A DNA stretch of 64,000 nt from Octopus vulgaris. Lineage: Eukaryota. Shown in pieces: positions 1 through 12,665 of the stretch. The number at the start of each line of letters is the position of its first letter. Within the stretch, counting starts at the first letter, position 1. The notes beneath the pieces were generated by a model. The model was not told the origin of the DNA. It saw only the letters and a program-made list of their open reading frames with translations, and searched no databases. A program made the translations under genes and the position numbers. The DNA is taken from the NCBI GenBank assembly GCA_951406725.2, contig OX597822.1, positions 17,918,001 through 17,982,000 on the forward strand. The letters are read 5' to 3'.

Positions 1-524
1 CTGTGCGCGAGAAGACCCGGCAGGACAAGTGAGTCCATAACCCGTGGCCTTCTACATGGGATGGAGCCAGCCTACGTATGCATACCTTCCCTTCTTGGGA
101 CACAAAACTCTACTTGTGAAGACGTGTTGAGGCAAGTGAGGATCAGAATCGAAATCGATCAATGGAAATTGCAGATGTGTTACCAGTGACGGTGGCATGT
201 AAGAGAACTTTCCGTTTTGCGACCGTTGCCAGCACCGCCCTGTTTCGTGTCCGTTGCCAGCCTCGCCTGGCCCTCGTGCCGGTGGCACATAAAACGCACC
301 ATCCGTTCGTGGCCGTTTGCCAGCTCTGTCTGGCACCAGTGCGGGTGGCACGTAAAAAGCACCCACTACACTCACGGAGTGGTTGGCGTTAGGAAGGGCA
401 TCCAGCCGTAGAAACACTGCCAGATTTGACTGGGCCTGATGAAGCCTTCTGGCTTCACAGACCCCAGTAGAACCGTCCAACCCATGCTAGCATGGAAAAC
501 GGACGCTAAACGATGATGATGATG
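1..524 (+). mobile_element. 3' end (3' UTR) of an RTE-clade LINE with (GAT)n tail
   Basis: Ends ...aggaagggcatccagccgtagaaac...catgctagcatggaaaacggacgctaaacgatgatgatgatg. A similar tail is joined to RTE RT-coding sequence at 57660-58995 (-) and recurs at 5325, 21146, 27840 and 57320. Confidence 0.8.
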
Positions 525-619
525 TACATCTATATATATACATCTACACATAAAATACAAAATACAACGTTATATCTTGATATCGATAGTGATAACAATA
601 CTCAAAATATATAACAGAC

Positions 620-990
620 TGGAATTGTAAACCCGTCTCTTGCAATTTCGATCAATTGTATCTTGTCCTCCCTCTTGTATACAAGTGTGGCTACAATCCA
701 GCCTACCTCTTCTTCTGGGGGGACATTTTAAATTTTTATCCGGGACGTCCTATGTCCCAGATATAAAGGTAAAAATAAAATATTTCCACTTTGCAAGGTT
801 CAAGTCGAGTACTCCCTTGCACGCTCCGTTGACTCAAACCTTGCTTCTATTGTGGCGAATTTACTCCCTCTGGTTAGATACTTGATATCTTTCATAGTCG
901 CACCAAGACACTTTTCGATGATGCTTTCCTTCAGTTGTTCAAATCTTTTTTCCTCTACATTGTATATTTTATAGACAATAGTCTTTTCTT
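620..990 (-). pseudogene. Degenerate fragment of L1/Tx1-type ORF1, homologous to the ORF1 at 44744-45835
   Basis: Manual translation EKTIVYKIYNVEEKRFEQLKESIIEKCLGATMKDIKYLTRGSKFATIEARF...*TLQSGNILFLPLYLGHRTSRIKI*NVPPEEEVGWIVA aligns with KTVIFKTYHVKNLKIDFVPREAIEKCLRPIWQQTSYITRGSCFGTVEVHF...TLKSEEVVLLLTYLGRRTSKVTVTDIPPEIDAAWMVA. It has two in-frame stops. Confidence 0.8.
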
Positions 991-1289
991 TAATTTAATG
1001 GACTATTCCTTGTCTGCGCATTAATTTTATTTTTAATTTATTCCCATTCATGTGAAACCACTTATTCAAGTTCAAGTCATTGATGCAATTTTATACCAAT
1101 TGCTATTTTTACTTTTGTTATGTTACGATTATATTATACTTTAGTTTGATTTTAATTATTACTTACTACATATAATTCAATTGTTATTATTATCTCTAAT
1201 TTTTATTGTTAAAGTGAAAGTATCTGACATAAAATAGAGAAATGTTTTTGTTTCACTTTTAACATGTAATACTGAAATAGGCAAGAAGT

Positions 1290-1393
1290 TGAACATTTTT
1301 TTTGCCCATGAAACTACATGGACCCTAAGTAAGGCATGTGTAAAATTTGAATGAAATTGGTTGTGTAGTTCTCAAGTTTTAGGGAAACACACG

Positions 1394-1429
<36 letters not shown>

Positions 1430-1457
1430 CACATTCTCAGTTTTATATATATAGAGA
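1290..1457 (-). mobile_element. Probable 5' end of a non-autonomous Helitron
   Basis: The minus strand reads A|TCTCTATATATATAAAA..., then a (CTGT)n tract, then aaccaatttcattcaaatttt. This layout is typical of microsatellite-bearing Helitron 5' ends (Lep1-like). No CTAG 3' end was identified. Confidence 0.5.
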
Positions 1458-1554
1458 TAACTAATCCAGGAATCTTTTGATACCATTTTGTAGAGCCCTA
1501 CCAATTAGTGTTCCTTTATAAATTGCCTATTCTGCCTTATTTTCATTTAGAGAC

Positions 1555-1735
1555 ACCTTTCAGTCCTTCTGTATAAGATTGTAATTGAAGGAGTATAACT
1601 CTCCCATTCTCTCAGCCGTTCAGACGGTTCTTCATTTATAAATCTAAGAGCTTCACAATGATTACAGAGAATATTCATGGCACCAAAGTTGCAATTTTCA
1701 ACCATATTCATGGCACCAATGTTGCAATTTTCCCT
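1555..1735 (-). pseudogene. Helitron Rep/helicase N-terminal Zn-binding fragment
   Basis: GAMNILCNHCEALRFINEEPS followed, after a frameshift, by NGRVILLQLQSYTEGLK. This resembles the Helitron RepHel motif GxMxxxCxxCxAxxFxxE....CCxxGKVxLPxL. Confidence 0.6.
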
Positions 1736-2581
1736 CATCGGTTATAAATACCCACCTTTTGATGCATATTTCCCCATTTTACACACTCCGATACCCCTGT
1801 ACTTGTCCTAGTAATTCATCTCTCCGGTTCCCTTTACACCATTGCCCATACAGTCTCATTCTTTCTCTTGTTAGCTTACATCATCTGTCATCCATATTTC
1901 ATAAAGAAACATCCATCTTCAAGCGAGCAGATGATATATAATTGCACTTATGCACATGCATTAAGTGACAGGTGATGTAAAACATTTAGTTCAATTAAGA
2001 AGAAGAAAAAAAGCCACATTTTTCACTATCCACTCCCTACTGCCACCTTCACCATGACCACCACCACCAACACCACAGTTTTCAATAACAAAGCTCAGTA
2101 TAAGTTGTTTGCCAAGTTTATACCATTTCATTTCAGTTCAGTTGTTTGTTTATATCTACTTTTCTTGTTAATACAAAGTTCAAATAACCAATTTAAAAAA
2201 AAATAACACCCACAGCAATTTTGCAAAGTTATTTCACATTCATTTAAAAATCTATCTTTCAAATAAGTTTATTATGATATCTAATGTAAACAAACCTTTC
2301 TTCTGTCCAGCCATCAATGCAGTTGTCATTGTGGATAGAGAGAGAAACAGATCAAAAGTTAAAAGAGATTTTTTTAAAAATGAGTATTAAAATGTTATTT
2401 TCTTGTCAGTCACAATAAAATATGTTGTTTTGAAATCTCCCTGTTTTGAATACTTTCTATTTCTCTCTCTTTTTCTCTCTATCACCAACTTCAACAAACT
2501 TTTTAACCATATCATTCTCCGCTCTCTCTCTTCCATTAACCACACGACAGCTTAATGCATCCAATAGCCATAATGCCACTA

Positions 2582-2633
<52 letters not shown>

Positions 2634-3124
2634 CAAACATTCTATTTCTAACTTCTTCTTTATATCACTACCCTTGCACTTTTTATCTCCGTAATAACTG
2701 TTATGTTCCTCTTACCCCACGTTCTTAACCCTTCTCTCATCCTCTTTCTCTCTTGCTCTTCACCTTCCCCTTCAACTAATCACGTGACAACATAATGCAT
2801 GTTGGCCTTAGCATATCAACATACAGAGATAGCCTTGATAGTTCTAATAATAAGTATAACATTGACTTCAGTTTGACCTGGCTTGTCTGTAAATTCTTAA
2901 TTCTTACTCCTTATTCTTTGTTCATTATTTCGAGCCTTACTTTACCTCCAAACTATCAGTGTTTTACTGGATATAAATTCCTGCACATGGTACCTCCATG
3001 CATTGAACCATTGCACTTCAAAGATATTCAATAATTAAGCAGATTTTAATGATATATTTCCTTCCAATGCAGGATTATAGTATCACCTGACCATAAATAT
3101 CATTGTAACTTAACCAAATATAAC

Positions 3125-3260
3125 GAGCTAGTGAAATGGCAGTCATCAGAGCATCAGACAGAAAACTTTGCAGTATCTCTTTTCACTGTCAGTGTTTTGA
3201 GTTCAAATCCAGCTGAAATCAACTTTGTCTTTCATCCTTTCAGGGTTGATAAGAAAAAGG
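3125..3260 (+). mobile_element. Degenerate SINE of the family seen at 60289-60515
   Basis: ttgagttcaaatcc...caactttgtctttcatcctttcagggttgataa matches the B-box and core of the young copy at 60289. Confidence 0.6.
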
Positions 3261-3625
3261 GCCAGTTGAAGGCATTGCATTTGTGGGACTCTAAGAACAT
3301 CAAATGCCTTTTGGTAGTTGTATTGGCTCCACATTCTGAATTCAAACCCAGCCAGGGGGTAGATTTGACTCCTCCCCTGCCATAACACCGTCACTTGAGA
3401 CTTTGGGTACTTTTGGCCAAGTATCAAGAATCTGGGTTAGGCTTCTGGTTTGAGAGTAGCTCCCCCCTCTCTCTAGCTCTCTCTCCCTTTCACCAGTGTT
3501 GCAGACCCTATAACAAGTCATGAGTGCTGCTTTTCTTCCTGAGTTAAAGTTTTTTAAAAAAATAGCTATGTTTTCATTATGGTAAGTCGGAAGCAGTAAG
3601 GTCTGTTAATATGCATTAACAAGAT

Positions 3626-3661
<36 letters not shown>

Positions 3662-4459
3662 GTTTCTGTAGAGAATTTAAAATTAGAAGAACAGAAGAAT
3701 GTAAATAAGTCAGTGAAAGAGAACTTTAATGTAATGCTGATGTCTATGTGTATCATTAAATTCCCTCCTATTAACTCCTCTCATACACAGCTGCCATAGA
3801 TTCCATTTTAACAGTTCCACCACTATTGCTCTATCATTGCACATTGCAGTGAAAATCGAGTGAGAAGAGCAGAGAGCATTGTTGTAACCTTTGTGTCACC
3901 GAGGTACTTGATACAATCTGCTTTTCTAACCTCTGACATAAATTTCAACCACATGGCATTCATTCAATGTTTCCTCCAACAGTGTCAAATTTCTTTGGAT
4001 AGTTCATTTCAAAAATCGACTGACAAGACTCTTGACATTTTTATTTTATTTTTCTCCATCTATACACATGACACGTTCAATTGAAGATTTTAACTGTTTG
4101 TTACATTTCGGCCTCACAAGCACTGAAGTTTCATTTAATTACAAAACTTAAAGCCGGACTGTTTGGTAATCATAGATTACTTCCACCATTACCAAACATA
4201 TTGGAAAAAAGTCATAAACCATTCTCAATGACATTCCTCATATTTTTATAACCATTTTCTTCTTTGTTCTGTGCATGGTTATTATTGATTTCTTCTAAGA
4301 CTAGACATAAGACCAATTTCTGTGAAAGAACAGCCATGGTTCCTTAGTACTTGACTCAAAGAAAGAAGGCATCACTTACCGAATGGATTGAATCACTGGG
4401 CTGCAATTTCAATGTTTGTGGCAATATTTGAAAGAATGATTCTTGGTTCAAATCTCAGT

Positions 4460-4639
4460 CATGGCTGAGGGGTTTACAAGTTCACTTCCCAACCTTGTGG
4501 TTTCAGGTTAAATCTCTCTTTTGAGCACTTTAGGCAAGAAACTTTTACAATAGACCTGAGCCTGCTAAAAACCCTAATCGATGGATTTGTTGTTGGGAGA
4601 CGGAAACAGAAAGAAGTCTGCTAAGTGTGCATGCAGGGA

Positions 4640-4693
<54 letters not shown>

Positions 4694-5042
4694 ATGGGAT
4701 ATGATTTTGTATGTGTGTGTGTGTTTGAGTGAGTTCATATTCCCTCATCTTTGTGTGTGTTTGTTCACTGGTTGGAAACACTGATGGTGTCATCTGCTTC
4801 CAGTCCACCTCAGAAGCATATCTCAGCCATTTGCCACATCAAAGAAAAAACTCGTTCATACAATATCAATTGTTTCCAGTTCTCCATGTAAACATGTCCA
4901 GGCTGCTTGTTGTGTGGAACTTTTGGAACCTTGCCTGGAAACAAGTCGGAGTTGGTGACAGGAAGAGCATCCAGCTGTGAAACATTCTTTTGCAATATAG
5001 TCTCACCTGTCCCTTGTAAAATGAGGACGAAGATGATGACAG
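4460..5042 (+). mobile_element. Old tRNA-derived SINE with central microsatellite and RTE-like 3' tail
   Basis: Head similar to the ggctgtgtggtaag...ttcccaaccacatggtt..ggttcag family, then a (TG)/(TA) tract, then aggaagagcatccagctg...gacgaagatgatgac. Confidence 0.6.
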
Positions 5043-5324
5043 CCAACAACAACAACAATAGCAGCACAGGATAGAGATTTTATCCATTGTCTTGTCATTA
5101 TTGTTCTCCTCACACATCAAAAGCATATTTTATGCAATGTCCAGTTCAAAGGTGGAGACCTGTGGCATTCTGAAGAGTTTGGCACAGCCTTCCAGAAGAA
5201 AAACATTTTTTTAAGGAAAAATAATTCTGCAGGAATAAATATTTTTGTTAATTTACTTTTATTTGTAACTTACCTTTCCTGTCAATTGCATTATTTAGAA
5301 ACCACTCTTTGTATATCTTTGCAT

Positions 5325-5461
5325 TAGGAAGGGCATCCAGCCGTAGAAACTCTGCCACATGAGATTGGGGCCTGGTGCAGCCATCTGGTTCACCAGTCCT
5401 CAGTCAAATCATCCAACCCATGCTAGCATGGAAAGCGGACGTTAAATGATGATGATGATGA
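5325..5461 (+). mobile_element. RTE LINE 3' tail fragment
   Basis: Near-identical to 388-524 and ends in (GAT)n. Confidence 0.75.
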
Positions 5462-5964
5462 ACTCTTAGTATTCACGGTTGGAATTGTGGATTGTATTTA
5501 CAATTGTTGTTAAACTGTGAAAATCTAAAGAAATTTTTGGAAAAACATTTTACAATTAATTGCATTGAGGAAAGCTTATTCCAAAAATCTACCTACTTTA
5601 TATTTCATTAGAATTTTTTATAATCATATTTTATAAAAGAATGAATTTAAAATTGAAACTTTTATTTTTGTTTTAATGTGGGTTTTATCAAATGTCAGTT
5701 GACTTCAATGTGGCCTTCCAACATGAAAAGTTTCTTCATCTCTGATCCAATTTGGTCCTCTGTTCTCATTCTTTTTATTGTTGTTTTCCTCCAAGTAGTC
5801 CCTAATTAGATAGGCTTATGATCACCGTGTATGCAAAACCAGACAAAACATATAAACATTAAGAAACACAAAACAAATCAAGTTTTTGAATAAAAAATAC
5901 CGATGTATACGTATTCTGCATGAGATACCCGGATGGTCCCTTATCAATTTTGCGGTCAAATATA

Positions 5965-6336
5965 CAGGGTGATTCAAAAGTCACCATACATAGGAACTAT
6001 TTAACTTTTTCATAAGAAACAGTTTATAAGAACAGTTTTTTTTTTAACAGGCTCTATTTATGGTTACCCTTGTTTTGAATACACATTACAATACGTTTAC
6101 CCAACCCATTGTGAACTCGTAATAGCACATCTGGTGAAACCTGTGCAAAGGAGTTGGAGATGCGTTCCTTCAAATGATTTATGTCTTTTATCTTACCGCA
6201 ATACACCATGCCTTTCAAATGGCCCCAAAGATAGAAATCAAGAGGGGTCAGATCAGGGGATCTAGGGGATCTTGTAAACTGTCTCTTATAAAAAAAATTC
6301 ATTTTTCCTATGTATGGAGACTTTTGAATCACCCTG
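5965..6336 (-). mobile_element. Internally deleted Tc1/mariner element with both TIRs and TA target duplication
   Basis: About 30 bp TIRs (cagggtgattcaaaagtcaccatacatagg / cctatgtatggagacttttgaatcaccctg, 1 mismatch), with TA on both sides. The internal ORF piece PRSPDLTPLDFYLWGHLKGMVY..KIKDINHLKERI is a transposase C-terminus. Confidence 0.9.
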
Positions 6337-7589
6337 TACAATGAAGACATGATCAGGCTTTTTGTCAGAAACCTGTAACCAACAAATCTGTTGTTCATCA
6401 TTCAAATTCAGAAAATAATAAATAAAACATAAGTATGGCCATTCACAGAGCTAATCTTTTTTTCCTGATAGCTTCAAAGGGCTTTGTATTTTATGCTTGA
6501 AACTATTATAACACTTTGCGATTCTATAGTGCTGCCACTGCTTCCAGCTGTAGTATAACTCATGTTAAACTGTTTAGAGATTGATAAATAAAGCTATTGA
6601 TATCAGAGGTAAATTCCACTTTTCCCTTCAGCATCTTTGATAAGATATGAGTTACCAATCTTTCTGATAGTGGTCTGGCAACATGTAGACTAAGCTGGTC
6701 CATGAGAGAAAATATCAATTGCAATGAAATGCCGAATCCTTGTGCCAGAGCAACTAAATGTGAGAGAGATAAATTATTACATTTGGCATTAATAATGAAG
6801 TCTAAGTAGGCTGCAACTGGGTACAGAATCCTGTTGCTATGAAAATTGTTGTGTTGTAGGCACAGGCATAGCTGTGCTGTTAAGAATTTTGTTTTGTGGT
6901 CATGTGGTTCTAAACTGGATCCATCTACACATCGAGTATCCTTCCTTCCTTCCTTTCAAACCTTTCCTTTTCTCTGTGCCATCAGCTCAACAAAGGATGT
7001 CTGGTGATATTTTTGATATGTGCTTTGTGATTGCAATGGAATTTTCTTGCTGGAATCACAAAGATTGGTTCCCAGTGGTCTTTATTCAGGAATGCAAAAG
7101 TGGTTGCCTTTCATTGGTTATACATTCCTTGCTTTTCTTGATTTATTTTCACTTTGAGCTGCATTCTTTGTAAAATACATGTAACCTCCTGGCAGTTCTA
7201 ATTAATCATTCGCCTGATTTTGTTTGCCTTGTAAAACCATTTCACTTCATTGAAAGAAATCAGTTGGAAATATATATTTCATGAGAGACCATCTTCTCAG
7301 CCAGATGCAATCAACATTACCGTTTCTACCCACCAAGCAGACACAATGTAACAAGCTGGAGCTAATATCATTAAGCATTTTGTCCAGCAATCTTAAAGTT
7401 CCGACCATCCACTGGCCTCAGCTGGAATCTAATTTTATGAACTACCAGAAGGTTGAAAGGCAAGCTTGAATACAGCAGGATTTGAACTTTAAATATAGGG
7501 AACAAGAAGGAATACCACAGGGCATTCACTGTTCTAATGATCTTCCCAATTTGACACTTGATGCATATATATATATATATATATATATA

Positions 7590-7917
7590 ATTTCAACAAT
7601 TGAGGGTAAAATTAATTAATTATTAATCAATTTCACCAAGTATTCAGTATGTAAAGGGACCATTTAAGGCGAATTCAAAATATTACATTATATAAAAGGG
7701 CTAGTAAAATAAATTACTTTGCCACATACTGAACTCATTAGAAATAGCAGCTAAAAAAATTTTTTTAATGTTTTTACCCCCATACCTTCGTGAGTTGGTT
7801 TGAGCAAACACTATCTGAGAGAGATTTTCTTTAAGTATTAGAAATGGCTAAAAAATTTTTTTAGCTGCTATTTCTAATGAGTTCAGTATGTGGCAAAGTA
7901 ATTTATTTTACTAGCCC
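7590..7917. repeat. (TA)n-flanked module with about 68 bp inverted repeat (Penelope-like terminal repeat remnant)
   Basis: 7698-7765 is the reverse complement of 7850-7917. It is flanked by (TA)n. Its terminal motif agggtaaaatt...atcaatt is shared with 37569-37600. Confidence 0.6.
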
Positions 7918-7920
7918 AAT

Positions 7921-7956
<36 letters not shown>

Positions 7957-9319
7957 TATACAAACCTAGCTTTTCTTCCCTTAAAGTGTAGATATAAATA
8001 AAAATGTTTGAAGTTGTAAACCACAGTTTTGCCCTTAGATTCCTAACATTTTGCATAGAAACCCATCTCTTCAAGGAGAAGGTCAGAGTCTCAGAGGCTA
8101 TGTGATTTTATCTGATAGTTTCTATAAACTTATGCAAGTATTTCTGTTCATATATCGAATTAACTACACAACCGAAACAGCTCCTAAGAGTTTCATGCTT
8201 TCATGATACTTGAACAGGCATATTTATGAAATACGCCATGTATCTTAAAGTAATCTTTCAGGCTTTGTTTATGTTTTGTATATATGTGTATTTATGTATA
8301 TACTGATACACTCACACATATTTGTCTGTGTCTCTATGTTTCTTTCTGTATGTGTACGTATATATATATATGCATATTTGTGTGTATACACCATCCTGTA
8401 GATAACTTCAGAATATAATGTTAACAAAATATTCTAACTCAGGTTGGTTTTAATTGGTTGACATTGATAAAGAAATTATGAAAGAATTCATTAATGTTAT
8501 AATGCATTTTAATTGAAACAAGTCTGATGGCTTCAGTTTAGGGTGTGGTTGTATATATACATACATCTATGTGTGTGTTTGTGTTTATCAGTATAAAACT
8601 GGTATTGTGGATCATCATTTCAAAACATTAGCTAACAATTTACTAAACAAAAAAATTAGTGTTCAGTGGCATCTCTATGAATGGATAGAACTCTTGAAGC
8701 CCCAGTCTGGCCACAATTCAATAACAAAAGCCAGTAAATTAAAACAAAACTCCCCTGTAAATATCCTCTGACTCAACTGGTTGTAATTGGTTGCCAGTCT
8801 GTATTGTGTTACTCACTGAGGGCACTTGCTAGATGTGTGACCCTTGTAGATCCATGTCAGGTTGTCCATAAGAAGAGCATCCCAATGAAGTTCTTCCTCA
8901 GAACTCCAGCAACGTCCTGCAAAATGCAGGCATTTAATCTATCAGGGCATCAGCGATCACTCTGATGTTTTTAGTTCAAATCTTACCAAATATGACACTG
9001 ACTCTTACATCTATCAACTTACTACTGTTGCTCTTAGTCAGGCCTGGTTGGGCAAATATATCTAAAAGCATTCCAACCATGGCCATCCCTTCTAGTTTTT
9101 CACACATACTGTATCTAACATAACATTGTTCAATGCATCCTTTCCTCTTCTTTTTATTAGTAGTAGTAGTAGAACTAATATCATTTGGATTGACAGAATC
9201 ATTAGAATGTTAGTAAAACTCCCTTGCAGGATTAGTACTGGGCTTGATGGTATTGAGTGACCCCCTTCCCTCAGAATTGCTTCCCTTCTGTCAAAAGCAG
9301 AAACCCGTATTGTTGTATA

Positions 9320-9556
9320 ATGTGAAGCTGATAAAAACTGGTAGAATTGTTTGCATGCCAGGCAAAATACTTGACAACATTTCATCCTTCATCATGTTCT
9401 GAGTTCAAACCCCACCAAAGTTGACTTTGCCTTTCATCTTTTCAGGGTTGATGAAATAAGGACCAACCAAGCACTGGAGCCAACATAATCAATTACCCCC
9501 GCCCAACTCAAAGTTCAGGCCTTGTGCCAATAGTAGAAAGGATGATTATTATTATA
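9320..9556 (+). mobile_element. SINE (60289 family) with (ATT)n tail
   Basis: ttctgagttcaaacccc...gactttgcctttcatcttttcagggttgatgaaataag...ggccttgtgccaatagtagaaaggatgattattatt. Confidence 0.7.
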
Positions 9557-9559
9557 ATT

Positions 9560-10005
9560 TCTCTTTATCTCAGAGGTTTTGTTGGAGTCTTGCATGTGCA
9601 GCGAGCTTGTTATCTGCAGTCTACGGTACCATGCTATCCGTTCTTTTCAGCAGTCTAATACTTTCCTGATTATTCTGACCATTCCATGGAGGCAAATCTT
9701 TTCTAGCAGTTCTACTAGGCACTCTATTCCAATTTCCGTCATATTCCTTCTGATGCCTTCTGATACTCTTCCCAAGGACCCAACAGTTATTGGCACCAAC
9801 TTCACCTTCTTCATTTTCCATAACCAGGCTATTTCATACTTAAGAGGGTCATATCTATCTTTTCACCATCCTTCTTAACTATTTGTGGGTTAAAGAGGTA
9901 TGCAACATTAACTATATAGCATATGTGGTACACCTTGTCCACCACCACAAGGTCCAGTCTGCTCTATCACCTGATCTGTTTGGATTGGGGAAATCCCAGA
10001 GGATT
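9560..10005 (-). mobile_element. 3' fragment of an R4/Dong-clade LINE (restriction-like endonuclease region)
   Basis: Manual translation across frameshifts: ILWDFPIQTDQVIE..DLVVVDKVYHICYIVNVA...KYEIAWLWKMKKVKLVPITVGSLG...ELLEKICLHGMVRIIRKVL. Flanked by (ATT)n. Confidence 0.75.
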
Positions 10006-10021
10006 TATTGTTATTTTCATG

Positions 10022-10053
<32 letters not shown>

Positions 10054-11312
10054 ACAATGCTTTTGGGTAGCAGTTTTAAACTTCATAAAAGATTAACTTC
10101 TGAAGTTGTATTATTTTTCTTTGTTTTTTTTTCCCCTCTTATTCTAAAAATATTTCTTCGGCTTTGCTTCAAGTCATTCATTAATTGATTTGTAATCAGT
10201 GTTTCTTTTACTGCTTCCACTTTCTTTTATTTTTCTGCAAGAAATAAATACTATCAGGAATTGTGATAGCTTTTTTTATTTTATGATCTTTTACATGACT
10301 TTTCTGTTTTGTGGCTTTTTGGGGGGTGGGGGGTGTGCTTTTATTGCATGTTTTTTGTCTTTTTTTTAATATTGATTTTTTTTTACATTGTTATATTTCG
10401 GAGAACTTCACTTTAGTTTGATGTTATATTGTTTTTATTTATTTATTTATTTGGAGTAAGACTTTTTTTCCACTTTGTTATAAAGATTTTTCTATGGCTG
10501 AATGACCAAAAACGAAGAAATTAGATTTGATCTACTTGTATAACACTCAACTATTATATTGCTGGAGCACTAACATAATTTGGAAGTCAAAACAAGTTTC
10601 TGTTGGTCTGTAATTAAATTCACAGCAATTTAGAACTTACATCTATCATTTGTTACCAAAATAACTAGACTTGCTTTACTGCTCTTTCACCAATAGGACA
10701 TATGCTATTCCTCGACTCATTCCTTGTTTTGGGGTTACTTGAAGTACATTCCTAACCATACTTGTTCATCTTCTTATCCACTACAGCAACAGAATAGTGG
10801 AGATGAGAGTTGAGATTTTGCTAGGTCTGGTTTCTGTTATGGATATAATTGTTTGTTGCAGTGATAAGAAAAATCTGTTGAATTTTGCCATTTGTTCTAT
10901 GACTGTTGCTCTTGCTGTTGTTCATTGTTAGATCATGATAAACTAGAAAGAGTTTGATATTCTGCACATTTCTGCAGTGGATTTAACAGCCTGAGTCACC
11001 TCCTATAAAACGAATATTTTTAGCTTACATTGAAGAAACAAAGCCACACCTGATAATAAGTACATCAACTGATTATTCTTATCATAGGGAAACGAAGCAA
11101 TAAAAATAAAAATAATAATAATCATTCTTTTTTGCACATAGAATCTAATAGCAAAACTGTTTAACTTCCCGTCTTTATATTCTCCCCAACAAAAGAGATT
11201 CACTTATTGTTTAAATAGTTCTATTATTTCTTAGAGCTTTTATTATTTTTTCTTCTTGAAGAGCAGTTTTGTTGAATCATATTAGTTCTGGACTAAATGT
11301 GTGTGCATCTGT

Positions 11313-11343
<31 letters not shown>

Positions 11344-11838
11344 CATGTGTGTGTGTGCTTTCAACTCTCTTCATTATTCTGGGGTTTTGTCTACCTTGTA
11401 TCTTTGTTTTGAATTTCACCGCCCACATCACCACAACCACCTACCCCTCCTCCTCCTCTTCTTCTTCTCCTTCTTCCATTTCCTAATCCCATTACAGAGT
11501 GTGTTGAGTGTATTTTATTGTGGCACCCACACTGGAGAGACCGTTGTGTCCTTGGCAGGATAACACTGAAGGGACCACTTGGTCCTAAGCTCTCTCTGTC
11601 CCTTTGCAAAGCCACTTTACAAAATGTACTTGGCGCTATTTCTTGTAACTTTAGCACAAAGGGTTGCCTTGTACATTGCAAAGGTGTAGGGTACTCATAA
11701 CTCTATACTCACTAGAATAATTACCAGTTATATAGTGGGGTCAGTTTAATCAACTAAAACACTTTCTACCAAGAAAAAAGCATTTATCAAATGCATTAGG
11801 AAAAAACAAAATAGTCATATGAAGAAATGCATCTTCCA

Positions 11839-11909
<71 letters not shown>

Positions 11910-12665
11910 TCTCAGTATAAGAATCAGCAACAGAAAATGGTGATATTGCAAATATCATGTGATTTGTAAATCTTTTTATTGATTTCATTATAATTCAATT
12001 TCTTGTAAAGAATTGTTTCTCTGGCAGGATATCAGTTGATTAACATAAGTTATAATATTTCCTATTTTCATAAATGTTGTCAGCGAATTCATTGCCAGAA
12101 ATTGTCATGTGTATCACTTTATGAAAACACAACTTTCAAGCTTTTCAAATATTTTGTTAGATTTTTGATTGTTTTTTGTCGATCTTCCTTCTTTTCTTTT
12201 TTTTCCCTGTTTCTGTCTTTGATTATCTTTTCTCTCTCCCTCCTTCCCCTCCCCCCTCTCTCTCTCGTCATAGATATAGCATGTGATCCATCATTTGGAT
12301 TTGATATCTGCCAGTTAAGATAATTTTATTTCTCTGTTTCAAACAAAGAAGATAACACACACACACACACACACACACGTGTATGTATGTATGCATGTAT
12401 GTATGTATGTATGCATGCATGTATGAATGTATCTATGCATGTCTGTATGTATATATATATATTAATGTATGTTTTTATGTTGAATTATAATGAAAAAGAT
12501 TGAACTTTACGTTTTTTGCTGTGTAAATACGAATTACAGTTTTACAAGAAGAGGGAGAACTGGGTTTGAAGTTTCTCTCTATTAGCTTTTGTCAGACAAT
12601 CCAACAAAGATGAGGTGGCCAAAACTTCAAAGTCACTAGCATCCCTCCTACACACATACATACAT

